Origin: Rhodothermaceae bacterium bin80
GTDB lineage: Bacteria > Bacteroidota > Rhodothermia > Rhodothermales > Bin80
DNA: 64,000 nucleotides
Assembly (NCBI GenBank): GCA_002238805.1
Contig: MPNB01000003.1
Coordinates: forward strand, 6,407-70,406
Reading direction: 5' to 3'
Numbering within the stretch: position 1 is the stretch's first letter; every line of letters begins with the position of its first letter. Made by a program: the position numbers and the translations under genes. The notes beneath the pieces are model-generated. The model ran no database searches, was not told the origin of the DNA, and saw only the letters and a program-made list of their open reading frames with translations. Of this stretch, positions 8,773-16,806 are shown piece by piece.

Positions 8773-9321
8773 GGCGCGTGGTTGTTCTATCACGGGACAC
8801 AAGGGAATTCACTGCGATTCGGCAGCATCATTGAGCGGACTCACCCTTACCTGATGCGGGCAAAGCCTGATCCAGTGCATTCGTATCGCTGTATTTGGAG
8901 GGGCACTTCATGAGGATATGTTCGGCTTCGAACACCCCTCCATTCAGGTATCCCTCTACGACGATCTTTTCGGCATCTTCGAAACTCGCCGGTTTTGGGT
9001 CCCGGTAATGCACTTCGCGTACCGCTTCCTCGTTATCCCGCAGGTGGAACCTGAAAAGGTTTTTTTCGGGGTTGTAGTGCGCCGTCTCGGACTGCACCCA
9101 GTTACCAACGACATGAGCGCGTGTCCCGGACGCTTCGGCTTCAGAAAAATGCATATATGCCCCCACCTAGTCTCCGAAACTGAAGAGAAGCAGGGATGCA
9201 AAGCCCACCAGGGCAATCAGACTGATAATGGTGCGAGGTTTGCGCATGATTAAGTCAGTGGTCAACTCTGATCAATCGGTGGATTTTTTTCGCTGAGCAG
9301 GGCTTTCACGGAGGATTCCAG
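8773..9321. repeat. direct repeat copy 1 (degenerate ccmD 3' end plus ccmE)
   Basis: Aligns base for base with 16807..17355 at a constant offset of 8034 and with no indels. I counted about 38 mismatches over the roughly 500 nt I compared by eye, which is about 92% identity. Confidence 0.9.
8828..9265 (-). pseudogene. ccmE: ccmE pseudogene (in-frame TAG at codon 33)
   Basis: It is colinear with the intact ccmE at 16862..17299. Codon 33 is TAG (9167..9169) where the intact copy has CAA (Gln). This cuts off the N-terminal membrane anchor. The ORF track shows only the 112-aa distal piece. Confidence 0.8.
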
Positions 9322-9597
9322 ACGAGTCGGTCCAACAGGGCATCCGCAATCGTAGGATTGGCCATGTTTTTGATATTACTTGGGGACTGGGAAAAAGATG
9401 AGAGAGCGGAGGGAATTGTCAAGGCGATGGGAAATCATAAGACACCGTGGGCCATTTCGACGTTTTCTTCCAGTTCGCAATGCTATCGCTCACAGCCGTC
9501 TTTTGGGTCGCGCTGATCTACTGACGGAGTATCCTATTATATCAGGCTAGCAAATGGTCCTGTCTCGCCCACAGTTATGTATGACCGGTAAGATATT

Positions 9598-10395
9598 TCA
9601 AAAATCCTTCCTTTTGAATTTCCAGACACTCGCTATCAGTGGTACGGTCACCCAAACCACCAGTCCCGCTATGGCAGTTATCACACCTCCCAAGCTACCA
9701 AAAAACTGCTCGAATACTGCACCCGTGTAGCCCATCAGGGCCGACGCTTCAAGGTTCAATAGCAGCAAAACACGAGCGAGATCAATCGGGTTGAGTATCA
9801 TCAACGCGAGCATCGGTTTTTCCAGGGGATAATTCGCAAAAACACTTACGATCACGAGCACCAACCCATCGTAGACCACAGAGAAAAAGATCCAGAGTAG
9901 AACCGATACGCTCAGGCCTCGAAGTCTGTCCTCAAACCGCAGCGCAATGAAAAAAGCCAGGGCGACAAATATGAACGTCAGCAATACGCCAGATCCGGTC
10001 ATGAGTAGTGCCGCCGTCATGTGCGTATCAACCAGCCCACCGCGAAGTACGATCGGAATTCCAGCTCCGATAAGAAAAGATCCCGACAACGGCAATGTTA
10101 GCCCGGCAAACAGTCCGTAAAAAAGAATCGCCCGGTTTACTGGCTGTGCTAGGAGTAATTCAGTAAATGGCCGTGCATTGTAGAGATATATCGTACCAAA
10201 CACGATGCTGACGAGTGGGATAATCACCAGTACAATGCTTGACAGACCAAGCAATGCCTTAGCGCCACTGCCCGTAAAGCGAAATAGTGCTTCCGTCGTG
10301 ACTAGAAAAAACAGTGCATACAGCAGTGTCCATCGGCTTCGAAAAATATCTCGCCACTCATACTTGATGACCTTCGCTACCGCCCTCAAGTTCAT
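9598..10395 (-). CDS. nosY: nitrous-oxide reductase maturation ABC-2 permease NosY
   Basis: The 265-aa six-TM ABC-2-type permease lies immediately downstream of the NosF-like ATPase in a nosZ cluster. Confidence 0.8.
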   Translation of the reverse strand: MNLRAVAKVIKYEWRDIFRSRWTLLYALFFLVTTEALFRFTGSGAKALLGLSSIVLVIIPLVSIVFGTIYLYNARPFTELLLAQPVNRAILFYGLFAGLTLPLSGSFLIGAGIPIVLRGGLVDTHMTAALLMTGSGVLLTFIFVALAFFIALRFEDRLRGLSVSVLLWIFFSVVYDGLVLVIVSVFANYPLEKPMLALMILNPIDLARVLLLLNLEASALMGYTGAVFEQFFGSLGGVITAIAGLVVWVTVPLIASVWKFKRKDF

Positions 10396-10398
10396 TCT

Positions 10399-11109
10399 TT
10401 AGTCCTTTGTACCAACTATGATTTGGGCAATGGCACGTTCGAGCTTGTCCTCTCCAGTGCTATTCTTGATGTCGACTGCTGAGCCAGCAATACTCACACG
10501 CCCATTCACCAGGAAGGCTAGGTCATCAGCCAATTCCTCGATTTCGCTCATAATATGCGAAGTTAGGACGATGGTCTTTCCGTCATCCCGCTCCCGCATG
10601 ATCCAATCCTTAAGCAAACTGCCTGCGACCGGATCAAGGCCCGCCGTAGGTTCGTCTAGAAAGAGTACATCCGGGTCGAATAAAAAGGCCAGGATGGCAT
10701 TGATCTTCTGGCGTGTCCCTCCTGAAAGGGTGCCGAGCGGTTTGTCCAATTCGGAATCAAGCTGAAAAGCCTCGCATAGTCGTTCACCTTTGGCTCCTGG
10801 CTGATCTCGCAATTCTTTCAGCAACATCAAAATTTCACGGGCTTTCAGGTGATCAGGGAAGCGCGCGATCTGCGGCATGTAGCCAATGTGCCTGCGATAG
10901 TCCCATGCCCCGTCAAGTGGCTTGCCGTCAAATATTATCGTCCCAGCCTGTTGCCGCGTGAGTCCCAGGATACACTTGATCAGGGTCGTCTTCCCGGATG
11001 CGTTCGGACCGACAACTGCAGTGACTCTCTTTCGCTTTATTTGCAGATCTATTTTGTCCAGTACGTTGAGTTGCCCGAAGGACTTCACCAGGCCTACAAT
11101 CTCAATCAT
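10399..11109 (-). CDS. nosF: ABC transporter ATP-binding protein NosF
   Basis: Has Walker A GPNASGKTT, signature LSGGTRQK and Walker B LFLDEPTAGLD. It sits between nosD and nosY. Confidence 0.85.
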   Translation of the reverse strand: MIEIVGLVKSFGQLNVLDKIDLQIKRKRVTAVVGPNASGKTTLIKCILGLTRQQAGTIIFDGKPLDGAWDYRRHIGYMPQIARFPDHLKAREILMLLKELRDQPGAKGERLCEAFQLDSELDKPLGTLSGGTRQKINAILAFLFDPDVLFLDEPTAGLDPVAGSLLKDWIMRERDDGKTIVLTSHIMSEIEELADDLAFLVNGRVSIAGSAVDIKNSTGEDKLERAIAQIIVGTKD

Positions 11110-11191
11110 AGCTCTGATTTTGTGTGGACAGAGTGGTGAGCATCACTGACAGAGACATCTGTAAAGCACTGCTCCGAAGCAAGTAAACCCA

Positions 11192-12448
11192 TCACAATCG
11201 TACCATTACCGGCATTTCGTCAGCCAGCGTATCGGGTGTTAACGAAGGCAGGGTGTGCTCTACAGCGTCAAGCACTTGAATGAACAGACTTCGCAACAAT
11301 AGGATAGATGTCTCCGTTCGCTCAACAATCAGTGAAAAGAGGCGCACGGGATGGAAAGGAATGTCACCGTATCCGTCACGGTCAAGGTCGTAGCCCTGGT
11401 AGGCATCCCAATGATTCTTTGAAAACCGGCTGGAATGGTGCCGGCTGTTGGTTGCCACATCGAAGGTGTTATCAATGAAGTTATTATGTGTGAACCAATT
11501 GTCCTGGGCGTTTGCCATAATCTTGACAGCCCAGCCATTTTCGATGAAGTCATTGTGTTCAAACACATTGCGGTTGGCGCCTTCTGCGTATATGCCGATC
11601 GTATTCTTGACAAAGACATTATCATCAATGATACTGTCCGTAATATCCTTGAGCAGGAGCCCGAAGACTGCGCTACCCCAGTTGTGTTCAAATCTGTTGC
11701 CTACCATTTCTACGTTTTCAGAGTACATTACAGCAACCCCGGCATCGTTTGCGCGAAAGACATTGCTATGGTAGGTGCATCGGTCCGAAAACATGAAATG
11801 CAACCCGTAGCGGAGGTTGGATTCGCTTATGTTATCAATTACTGCACTGTCCTCCACGAATTCGAAATAAATGCCGTCGCGGTGTCCTCGAATCTCATTG
11901 CTAACGATTTCGATCTCCTTCGAATACCAAAGATGGATACCATTCCCTGAGCGAGTTTCCGTCAAGCCGGATCCTTGAATCGTGTTGCCGGACAAGCGAC
12001 AGAAACTAGTTCTGGCCAAGTAGATCCCAAAATAGGCGTCGATGATGCGGTTATCTTCAACTCGGCAAAAAGCTGCTCCGTCTATCTTGAGTGCCGCGCG
12101 ATCCTCAACGAAAGTCACCCCTACGTTGCGGAACTCCAGGCCCTGAATCGTTACGCTGTCAGCCACTACGGTCATGATCTGGTTCTCTCCTTTCCCGTCC
12201 AACACAGGGAAATCTTTCCCGATGATCGTGACGGCCTTGTCTACCAGAATCGTCGGCTCATTATAAACGCCCTTCAAGACTAGAATCGAATCACCCGGTT
12301 GAGCTTGGCGGATTGCTGCGCCGATGCTGTGCAAAGGGCCTTCGGAGGAGACCACCACATGCTGTCCGAGCGCACCGGTAACTGTAACTGACGCGACAAG
12401 CAGTGCGAGTAATCGGCTCAATCTTCTAGCGCACAAGACGCGGTGCAT
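11192..12448 (-). CDS. nosD: periplasmic copper-binding beta-helix protein NosD
   Basis: Has a signal peptide and repeated parallel beta-helix units (NxIxxNxxGIYL / GIHLWYS / GLHFMFS). Its position between nosL and nosF fits NosD. Confidence 0.9.
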   Translation of the reverse strand: MHRVLCARRLSRLLALLVASVTVTGALGQHVVVSSEGPLHSIGAAIRQAQPGDSILVLKGVYNEPTILVDKAVTIIGKDFPVLDGKGENQIMTVVADSVTIQGLEFRNVGVTFVEDRAALKIDGAAFCRVEDNRIIDAYFGIYLARTSFCRLSGNTIQGSGLTETRSGNGIHLWYSKEIEIVSNEIRGHRDGIYFEFVEDSAVIDNISESNLRYGLHFMFSDRCTYHSNVFRANDAGVAVMYSENVEMVGNRFEHNWGSAVFGLLLKDITDSIIDDNVFVKNTIGIYAEGANRNVFEHNDFIENGWAVKIMANAQDNWFTHNNFIDNTFDVATNSRHHSSRFSKNHWDAYQGYDLDRDGYGDIPFHPVRLFSLIVERTETSILLLRSLFIQVLDAVEHTLPSLTPDTLADEMPVMVRL

Positions 12449-12463
12449 TGCTATCCCCTAACA

Positions 12464-12952
12464 TTACGGCTGCATTGATTCGAGCAGGTGCATGGACCTA
12501 TCTCCAGACATGCTGACCCGCACAAGACTGTCTACGCCTTGCCAGTCCAGAATTTCGCCGAAAAAGGAATGCTGTACAGCTTGTTGAGTGATTCCAGGAC
12601 CAAATGCTGTCAGGTTCATGCCCATAGGGCTGGGAAGATCTCGGCTGTGCAGAAAGAAAGCCTCGTCCACTGGAATCAACTGGGGTGGGTTTTCATAATC
12701 AACCACCCATAAAGAGTGAATGTGATCCGGTAACAGATCGGCGGTCGCCAGATGGGACGCCAGACATTCGACAGAGTCAAAGGTGAAAAATTTTCCCTTT
12801 GATGTAATAAGTTCCGCACCGTATTGCTCATCCGAAAGCGTCATTTTGCAATAGGCACACCGGTCGTGACCATGGTCTAATGGTTGCGGCTCAAGCGCAC
12901 AGCCTGCAAGCACAACCAGCATGAATCCCAGAATAACTACCCGTTTACTCAT
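12464..12952 (-). CDS. nosL: copper chaperone lipoprotein NosL
   Basis: Has the lipobox MSKRVVILGFMLVVLAGC and the motif CAYCKM...GKFFTFDSVECL typical of NosL. I chose the start at Met10 (12952) of the listed ORF, which overlaps the upstream gene stop by 8 nt. Confidence 0.85.
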   Translation of the reverse strand: MSKRVVILGFMLVVLAGCALEPQPLDHGHDRCAYCKMTLSDEQYGAELITSKGKFFTFDSVECLASHLATADLLPDHIHSLWVVDYENPPQLIPVDEAFFLHSRDLPSPMGMNLTAFGPGITQQAVQHSFFGEILDWQGVDSLVRVSMSGDRSMHLLESMQP

Positions 12953-13571
12953 GTGGTCGGGGATCACTATGGATGCCATTTTTCTGACTGCGGGCAGATG
13001 CGCTGGTCCTGATTTGGGAAATCAATAGTACAATACCGGTGAGCAATGACGAAAATGCAATCCAACCGCCTAGTGCAGGCCAAGAGTGGGCCGTAAAATT
13101 GAGGAGCTTCTTCGTGCCGATGAACGGTGGCTGGTAATGCATCCCAGGAATCTTGATGGCTGCAGTTGGATCAAGATTATGCCCGTAGTCATATTCCCAA
13201 AGATGGAAGTCAATGAGTCCAGCGACGGTACATGTAAGGAATAGCCCAACCCATATACCTAACATAACGGGTTTGCCCGTTGCGGCAGCGACGAGTCCAA
13301 GACCGATCAGGAATGCGATGACCCATGGTATCACTTTCAGTTCCGTAATCGTTTCGGGCGTGATGGCCTTCATCCCGATATAATGATTCAGGCCGTTGAT
13401 GTTCTGCAGGTCGTGGGGCTTCTGACCAGTGATCTGGTTGATCCAGATATACATCCCGATCCCTTCCGGGTACTGTGGTGCTTCCAGCGAGATACTCCAT
13501 ATTGGCGCGACATACGCGACTAAAAGTGCAAGTGATGCAACAGCAAGGGTTATTCTGTAGAGCGAAGTCAT
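12945..13571 (-). CDS. nos-cluster integral membrane protein (NosB-like)
   Basis: The 208-aa protein has about four hydrophobic segments and lies between nosZ and nosL, as in atypical (clade II) nos clusters. No catalytic motif is recognisable. Confidence 0.55.
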   Translation of the reverse strand: MTSLYRITLAVASLALLVAYVAPIWSISLEAPQYPEGIGMYIWINQITGQKPHDLQNINGLNHYIGMKAITPETITELKVIPWVIAFLIGLGLVAAATGKPVMLGIWVGLFLTCTVAGLIDFHLWEYDYGHNLDPTAAIKIPGMHYQPPFIGTKKLLNFTAHSWPALGGWIAFSSLLTGIVLLISQIRTSASARSQKNGIHSDPRPHE

Positions 13572-13790
13572 GTCTGCACGCGTTCACGATTATGATAGTA
13601 CATCGGACGAAGTGATCCGTCAGCGAGAATTATCCCTCCAGAACACATAATCATGCAGACTTGGTCGTGGTGGTACGATCAGTCATGAAGACCATGAGCG
13701 CAGGGCAGTTTTGTAGCGCATGGGGTCTCACATGAATCAGACCATTGAATGTATGAGGCAGGCGCACACGGTTGTGTCGCAGCCACATCA

Positions 13791-15773
13791 TCAATTGCCC
13801 GTGGCATAGCTCAGCGGTACGTCCGATCCCCTCGGCGAAACGCGGACGTAACCCTGCATTTCCTGATGCAGTGCCGAACAAAAGTCCGTGCAGTAGAAAG
13901 GATATACTCCCTCTCCTCGCGGTGTCCACTTTAATGTGCGCGTTTCCCCGGGCATGATCAGCAGTTCTGAATTGTTCGCCCCTATAATTGCAAATCCATG
14001 CGGGACATCCCAGTCCTGCTCCAGATTTGTAACATGGAAGAATACTTCATCACCCACCTGCACGCCTTCGATATTGTCCGGTGCAAAATGGGTACGGATG
14101 GATGTCATGTAAACATGCACCGTATTGCCATCGCGTTCAACGCGCGTTTGAGCTTCGCTCTTGGTAGCAAAGGGATGCTCATTCTCCTCAATGGGAAAAA
14201 ACTGGACTTGGTTATCCATGATCAATTCAGCCGGTAATGCCTGCGCATAGTGTGGTTCGCCCATTGTTGGGAAGTCCAGCAACATCCGCATCTTATCCCC
14301 GCTGATGTCTATGAGTTGTGCGGCATGGGCCAGTTCCGGGCCAGTCGGCAGATAGCGATCTTTGGTGATCTTGTTCATTGCGACAAGATACTTGCCCCAG
14401 GGATTCTGGCTATCACCGCCTGGAATCATCAGATGACCAACGCTATAGAACACGGGGATGCGATCCACGACATCCCAAGGCTCTGCTACCCGCCATTTTA
14501 CGATCTCTGATGAAATGAAGGCAGTCGTATAGGCAAATCCCTGTCCGTCAAATTCCGTATGGAGCGGCCCCAGCCCCGGATTCTCAACCTCGCCGGCAAT
14601 GATGGCTTCATACTGAAGTACGGGAATTCCCTCTATTGTGGTCTCGTAAGCTTCGTCGGCGATGGCTTGCATCATCTTGTCAAACGAATGAACCGGGATC
14701 ACGGTGGCCAGCTTGCCTCCGGCAACGATATACTGACCTGTGGGGTCCACATCAACACCGTGGGGCGATTTCGGCGTCGGTAAGTAATAGACCATTTGAT
14801 CGCAGTCGGCAGCCTCAAGAACCGTTACACTCGTCTTCTCCGTGGAGACCGCTGATTGTGTGGCCCGGTCCATATGATTATGGAAATAGCGGGTATCCAT
14901 TTGACGGGCGTTGCCATCAGCGACGCATTGCTCTGCACGTTGCCAGTTGACTGCAGCAATGAAGTCTTTGTCATTCTGCGAGGCATTGACCTCCAACAGC
15001 GTGTGGGCCTCTTCCGAGTTGTATGAAGTGAAGAACATCCAGCCGAAGGACGGTCCCTTTCCAGCGTGTGCCAGATCATAGTTGAATCCCGGCACTAAAA
15101 TCTGGAATGCCACATCCATTTCTCCTGGGGTGTTCGCATGGATGAAGGAAAGTGAGCCTCTGAAATTGCCAGCATAGTCACTTATTGCCATGTCCCGCTG
15201 CGGAATCGGTATACTGAAGCGTGTGGAAGCGACAAGGTATTCGGAATTGGGCGTAATAAAGGGAGAGCCGTGATTGCCTGCAGAATTTGGGATCTCAATG
15301 ATCTCCTCGGTTGCAAAAGTCGTCAAGTCAACCCGCGCGACACGGGGCGTATTATTGGCATTGATAAATATCCAGCGTCCGTCCGGTACGCCATCTGTCA
15401 TAGACAGTTCAGGATGATGAGCGTCGTCCCACGGTACGAAGCCATATGAGGTATTAAGCATGGGGCGCGTTTCTTCCGTGTACCCCCATCCATTCTCTGG
15501 GAACTGTGAAAAAACGGGGACATCTTTCAGATGACGTCCAGAAGGTAAGCCATAAACCGTCAGGTTGCCGCTGAATCCTCCAGAAAAGAACGAGTAGAAT
15601 TCATCATACTCACCCGGAGGTACGTAAACTTGTCTAGCCGCATCATCGCTAAAGCCGTCCCGCAAGCCCGGATTTTGGCAGGCAAAGAAAAACATTCCGG
15701 ATAACAAGAGGAGGAGGCCACAGCCGGCCAAGAATCGATTGGTCAGGATCGATAACATCGTGTTAGGCTTCAT
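13791..15773 (-). CDS. nosZ: nitrous-oxide reductase NosZ, atypical/clade II type with a Sec/lipoprotein-type signal
   Basis: The C-terminal CuA motif is CTDFCSALHQEMQGY. It has a large His-containing seven-bladed-propeller-type N-domain. The N-terminus MKPNTMLSILTNRFLAGCGLLLLLSGMFFFAC has no twin-arginine motif. Confidence 0.95.
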   Translation of the reverse strand: MKPNTMLSILTNRFLAGCGLLLLLSGMFFFACQNPGLRDGFSDDAARQVYVPPGEYDEFYSFFSGGFSGNLTVYGLPSGRHLKDVPVFSQFPENGWGYTEETRPMLNTSYGFVPWDDAHHPELSMTDGVPDGRWIFINANNTPRVARVDLTTFATEEIIEIPNSAGNHGSPFITPNSEYLVASTRFSIPIPQRDMAISDYAGNFRGSLSFIHANTPGEMDVAFQILVPGFNYDLAHAGKGPSFGWMFFTSYNSEEAHTLLEVNASQNDKDFIAAVNWQRAEQCVADGNARQMDTRYFHNHMDRATQSAVSTEKTSVTVLEAADCDQMVYYLPTPKSPHGVDVDPTGQYIVAGGKLATVIPVHSFDKMMQAIADEAYETTIEGIPVLQYEAIIAGEVENPGLGPLHTEFDGQGFAYTTAFISSEIVKWRVAEPWDVVDRIPVFYSVGHLMIPGGDSQNPWGKYLVAMNKITKDRYLPTGPELAHAAQLIDISGDKMRMLLDFPTMGEPHYAQALPAELIMDNQVQFFPIEENEHPFATKSEAQTRVERDGNTVHVYMTSIRTHFAPDNIEGVQVGDEVFFHVTNLEQDWDVPHGFAIIGANNSELLIMPGETRTLKWTPRGEGVYPFYCTDFCSALHQEMQGYVRVSPRGSDVPLSYATGN

Positions 15774-15804
15774 GTTTTAGTGGTTGCAGGAAAATTGCGT
15801 ACGA

Positions 15805-16281
15805 TTACTGAATCACATCAGCAGCATCAGTTTGACTGCTGCGCAGAAACTCAAGTACTGACCGCGCATCGGCTTCAGTCAGGTTTTGGTTAGGCATTGG
15901 AGTGAAGTACTCCGCCAACATGTCCTGTCCCGCAGGATGTTTTTTTGCCATTTCGTCTGGATTCAGCATCATGTTCATAATGAACTCAGGGCTCCGTCGG
16001 TCCAGCACTTGTCCCAATGGCGGCCCTACATAACGTACGTCCAGCTTATGGCAGGCGGCGCACTTGGTCGCAAATATTGCCTGGCCTTGAGAGACTAGTG
16101 AGGTGTCAATGGTTGCGTCCAGTTCAAGCTCGTCAATAGGTCCGATTCCGTGTTCAAGTTCTGTCCGGGATAGCATGTCTGTTTGTTGTTGCGGCTGTGT
16201 ATCGCCCGGTGCACGATCTCCTCCGTCGGCACACGCTGTTAAGCCGATTAGTATTAACACGCAACCATTGAAGATTCTCAT
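15805..16281 (-). CDS. c-type cytochrome lipoprotein associated with nosZ
   Basis: Has the haem motif CAACH and a distal Met region (MMLNPDEM). The lipobox signal MRIFNGCVLILIGLTAC starts at the ATG at 16281. The listed ORF start at 16311 lies inside the upstream repeat unit. Confidence 0.8.
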   Translation of the reverse strand: MRIFNGCVLILIGLTACADGGDRAPGDTQPQQQTDMLSRTELEHGIGPIDELELDATIDTSLVSQGQAIFATKCAACHKLDVRYVGPPLGQVLDRRSPEFIMNMMLNPDEMAKKHPAGQDMLAEYFTPMPNQNLTEADARSVLEFLRSSQTDAADVIQ

Positions 16282-16458
16282 AGTGGTATTAGGCATTTCG
16301 TCCGTCGGCACACGCTGTTAAACCGATTAGTATTAACACGTAACCATTGAAGACGCTCATAGTGGTATTAGGCATTTCCTCCGTCGGCACACGCTGTTAA
16401 ACCGATCAGTATTAACACGCAACCATTGAAGACGCTCATAGTGATGTTAGATATTTCG
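16222..16458. repeat. three abutting tandem copies of a 79-bp unit covering the 5' end of the cytochrome c gene
   Basis: Units lie at 16222..16300, 16301..16379 and 16380..16458. They differ at about 5 to 7 positions each, and the first bases of a fourth unit follow at 16459. Each unit contains an ATG plus a lipobox signal peptide. Confidence 0.9.
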
Positions 16459-16505
16459 TCCGTATTTTGTTCCCGTCACGGAATAACGGATTTAGCAGTT
16501 TGATT

Positions 16506-16727
16506 CTACCGCGAGTGTTGTGGGTAGAGGTTTAGATCTCCGCGGAAAAAAAGAATTACAGATCTGAAGTTTTCAAATTTTCTGTACCCTCTGCCGATAG
16601 TTTTGACCCCCTGGATCCTCCCATCAACTCGTTCCGATCTGGCGTTGGATTGTTCACGGCAATGTGCATTACCCACGCCTGTGAGATATCGTTCAAACAT
16701 CTCAGCTACTTTCATGATCTCCATCAC
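16506..16727 (-). mobile_element. C-terminal remnant of a transposase (ISL3-like motif)
   Basis: The 73-aa ORF ends in SNARSERVDGRIQGVKTIGRGYRKFENFRSVILFF. This matches the C-terminal pattern (T/S)N-x3-E-x2-N-x2-I-x3-K/R-x3-G(F/Y)R-x-F-x-NFR-x2-IL that I associate with ISL3-family transposases. No catalytic domain is present. Confidence 0.45.
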
Positions 16728-16806
16728 GGACGCTTCTTTCCAGAAGTTACCTTCTTATTCAATTACTCTGGAGTGAGATTTCCCCCGATAATTGAGACGT
16801 TTGGGG

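Noticed and set aside
11329-12283. Several 100-170-aa ORFs occur on both strands inside nosD.
   Set aside because: They lie in alternative frames of a confidently identified beta-helix gene and have no independent support.
16222-16458. I considered whether the 79-bp repeats are a CRISPR array.
   Set aside because: The units abut directly with no spacers, the period is 79 bp, and the units are copies of a gene's 5' end. No cas genes lie nearby.
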